NCBI GenBank assembly: GCA_037447605.1
Contig: CM074821.1
Coordinates: forward strand, 248,001 to 312,000
Direction of reading: 5' to 3'
DNA from: Zygnema circumcarinatum SAG 698-1b
Taxonomy: Eukaryota; Plantae; Zygnematophyceae
DNA length: 64,000 nucleotides
In this document: positions 63,278 to 64,000 of the stretch, piece by piece
Layout of the letters: the number at the start of each line of letters is the position of its first letter
Numbering within the stretch: the stretch's first letter is position 1
Made by a program: the position numbers and the translations under genes
The notes under the pieces: generated by a model
What the model saw: only the letters and a program-made list of their open reading frames with translations
Told to the model about the DNA's origin: nothing
Databases searched by the model: none

Positions 63278-63350
63278 GGTCCTTTGCGTGGTTCCACATG
63301 CTGCTTTTGTCCATGTACATTTGATGGCCTTGCCATCGTGAGTTCAATGC
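63278..63350 (+). repeat. Dispersed ~95-bp repeat family, copy H
   Basis: ggtcctttgcgtggttccacatgctgcttttgtccatgtacatttGATGGCcttGCCATCgtgagttcaatgc. Confidence 0.85.
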
Positions 63351-63536
63351 AATTTTCTTTTCTTACAGAGCTTCTGCTGCATGAGACACTCGCGTCGGCA
63401 TAGCAGCTATCCACACACTCTAGCAAGGGACAGCCCCATACCGACAAAATCCATGTAAACTTGCTAACGCGCCCTTTGCTACTATATAAGTACTCACTCC
63501 ATTTGCTATAAAGGAGAACTTCTCCTCTTGCGCTTA

Positions 63537-63631
63537 GGTCCTTTGCAACCAGTTCCTCGTGGTTCCCCATGATGCTGATTTTGTCCATGTACATTTGATG
63601 GCCTCGCCATCGTGAGATCCATGCCACTTCC
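63537..63631 (+). repeat. Dispersed ~95-bp repeat family, copy I (full length)
   Basis: Differs from copy A (1438-1529) by only a few substitutions and a small indel. Confidence 0.9.
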
Positions 63632-64000
63632 TCCTTTCTTGAAGGAGAACCAAATGGAACATAATGACTAAACAGATCGGCATCATAACTGAGGATCTAT
63701 GTCCACAACGGACATCCTCTGAGGAAGCTTTATTCCGGCCCGTTCCACCACAGCCTTGGCCGCCTTTGCAGCCTTCTCCAACACTGAAGCCTGGTTCCAC
63801 TCTCACATCCAAAGGGAAGAGAGAGAGAGAGAGAGAGAGGGAGACGAGAGAGAGAAAGAGAGAGGGAGAGGGAGTGGGAGACGTGTCAACAGCCTATGGT
63901 GGACAAGTCATAGCTGTGGGAGATGCAATCATTCAAATCTGCAGTTCTGAAGGATCGGGAACCTTGTGACTGTCAAATCTTTCAGGATCCTCTGCTACTT

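Noticed and set aside
62760-63969. Short ORFs near the right edge (62876-63118, 63115-63627, 63664-63969)
   Set aside because: They have no motifs and partly overlap repeat copies and a (GA)n tract; no splice chain is supportable within the window.

Overview
This is eukaryotic, intron-rich plant-lineage nuclear DNA. A streptophyte alga or early-diverging land plant is inferred from the plant-specific gene families, a minor-spliceosome intron and G-rich 3' splice sites; the species cannot be determined from the sequence. I assembled exon chains by hand from splice sites and reading phase. The genes are: organellar elongation factor P (-, running off the left edge), a DUF1639-like gene (+), a large unidentified multi-exon gene (-), CBP20/NCBP2 (+), two tandem GT92/DUF23 glycosyltransferases (+), a 20-exon alpha-glucan phosphorylase (+), a Tweety-like multipass membrane protein (-), an XRI1-family gene (-), a class-IV aminotransferase-like gene (-) and UBC13 (+). 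A gag-only LTR-retroelement remnant lies near the right end. There are six 10-N scaffold gaps (7284, 18607, 39129, 60131, 61059, 62726). I found no prokaryote-type system (CRISPR array, TnpB/Fanzor ORF, phage gene). The strongest observations are: (1) a U12 intron in CBP20 that appears to use an AT-AA boundary; (2) a ~95-bp dispersed repeat with a conserved GATGGC-N3-GCCATC hairpin, about 9 full or partial copies; (3) an apparent gene-conversion tract between the GT92 paralogs; (4) a pol-less gag element carrying an internal tRNA-like sequence; (5) a phosphorylase that looks like the glycogen-phosphorylase-like clade rather than PHS1/PHS2. All family assignments come from remembered motifs, not database searches.
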